A DNA stretch of 32,000 bases from Candidatus Saccharimonadota bacterium (GTDB taxonomy: Archaea; Nanohalarchaeota; Nanosalinia; Nanosalinales; Nanosalinaceae), in assembly GCF_029232205.1 (NCBI RefSeq), contig NZ_CP107255.1, positions 990,001 through 1,022,000 on the forward strand, read 5' to 3'. The notes under the pieces were generated by a model that did not search any database, was not told where the DNA came from, and worked only from the letters and a program-made list of their open reading frames with translations. Positions 31,999 to 32,000 of this stretch are shown here, piece after piece. Each line of letters opens with the position of its first letter. The first letter of the stretch is position 1. Position numbers and translations under genes: made by a program.

Positions 31999-32000
31999 GA

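Noticed and set aside
1-32000. CRISPR arrays, IS elements or transposases, integrases, toxin-antitoxin pairs or known defence-system genes.
   Set aside because: I saw no direct-repeat/spacer periodicity, no terminal inverted repeats flanking an ORF, and no ORF with a transposase, integrase or defence-domain signature. The only mobile-element-like trace is the tRNA-Ser 3' duplication.

Overview
The window is archaeal chromosomal DNA. It opens with the tail of the S10-like ribosomal protein operon on the minus strand (rpl3-rpl4-rpl23-rpl2-rps19-rpl22-rps3, the last cut by the window edge). Almost every predicted protein is strongly acidic and the DNA looks AT-leaning. That fits a salt-in halophile that is not a classical high-GC haloarchaeon, possibly a nanohaloarchaeon or DPANN-type lineage, but this is inference only.

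The content is mostly housekeeping:
- RtcB, archease and CMP kinase
- tRNA-Asp(GUC) and tRNA-Ser(GCU)
- Dph2 and uL16/L10e
- a nucleotide-sugar operon (Gfo/Idh/MocA oxidoreductase, two NTP-transferase/beta-helix paralogues, a HAD-like protein, a phosphohexosamine mutase)
- beta-carbonic anhydrase, aMBF1, thymidine kinase, NAC, SecD, an AI-2E transporter and a DUF112/TctA-like membrane protein
- a tight DUF123(GIY-YIG)/Zn-ribbon/OGG/MazG/ubiquitin-like module

I saw no CRISPR array, transposase, integrase or recognisable defence genes.

The observations most worth a second look:
1. The palindrome AGGCCT occurs about 95 times by hand count, in all codon phases and in intergenic DNA.
2. Two clearly conserved reading frames have no in-frame ATG, GTG or TTG: the N-terminal third of the DUF112 gene and a Gly-Gly-terminated SAMP/ThiS-like ORF.
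3. The oxidative-damage repair operon ends in that ubiquitin-like ORF.
4. A 16-nt duplicate of the tRNA-Ser 3' end lies about 100 nt downstream of the tRNA.
5. Two enzyme-like proteins have substituted catalytic residues: a PEP-utilizer-like protein and a minimal kinase-like protein.
6. A 55-codon histone-fold-like ORF falls below the ORF-track length cutoff.
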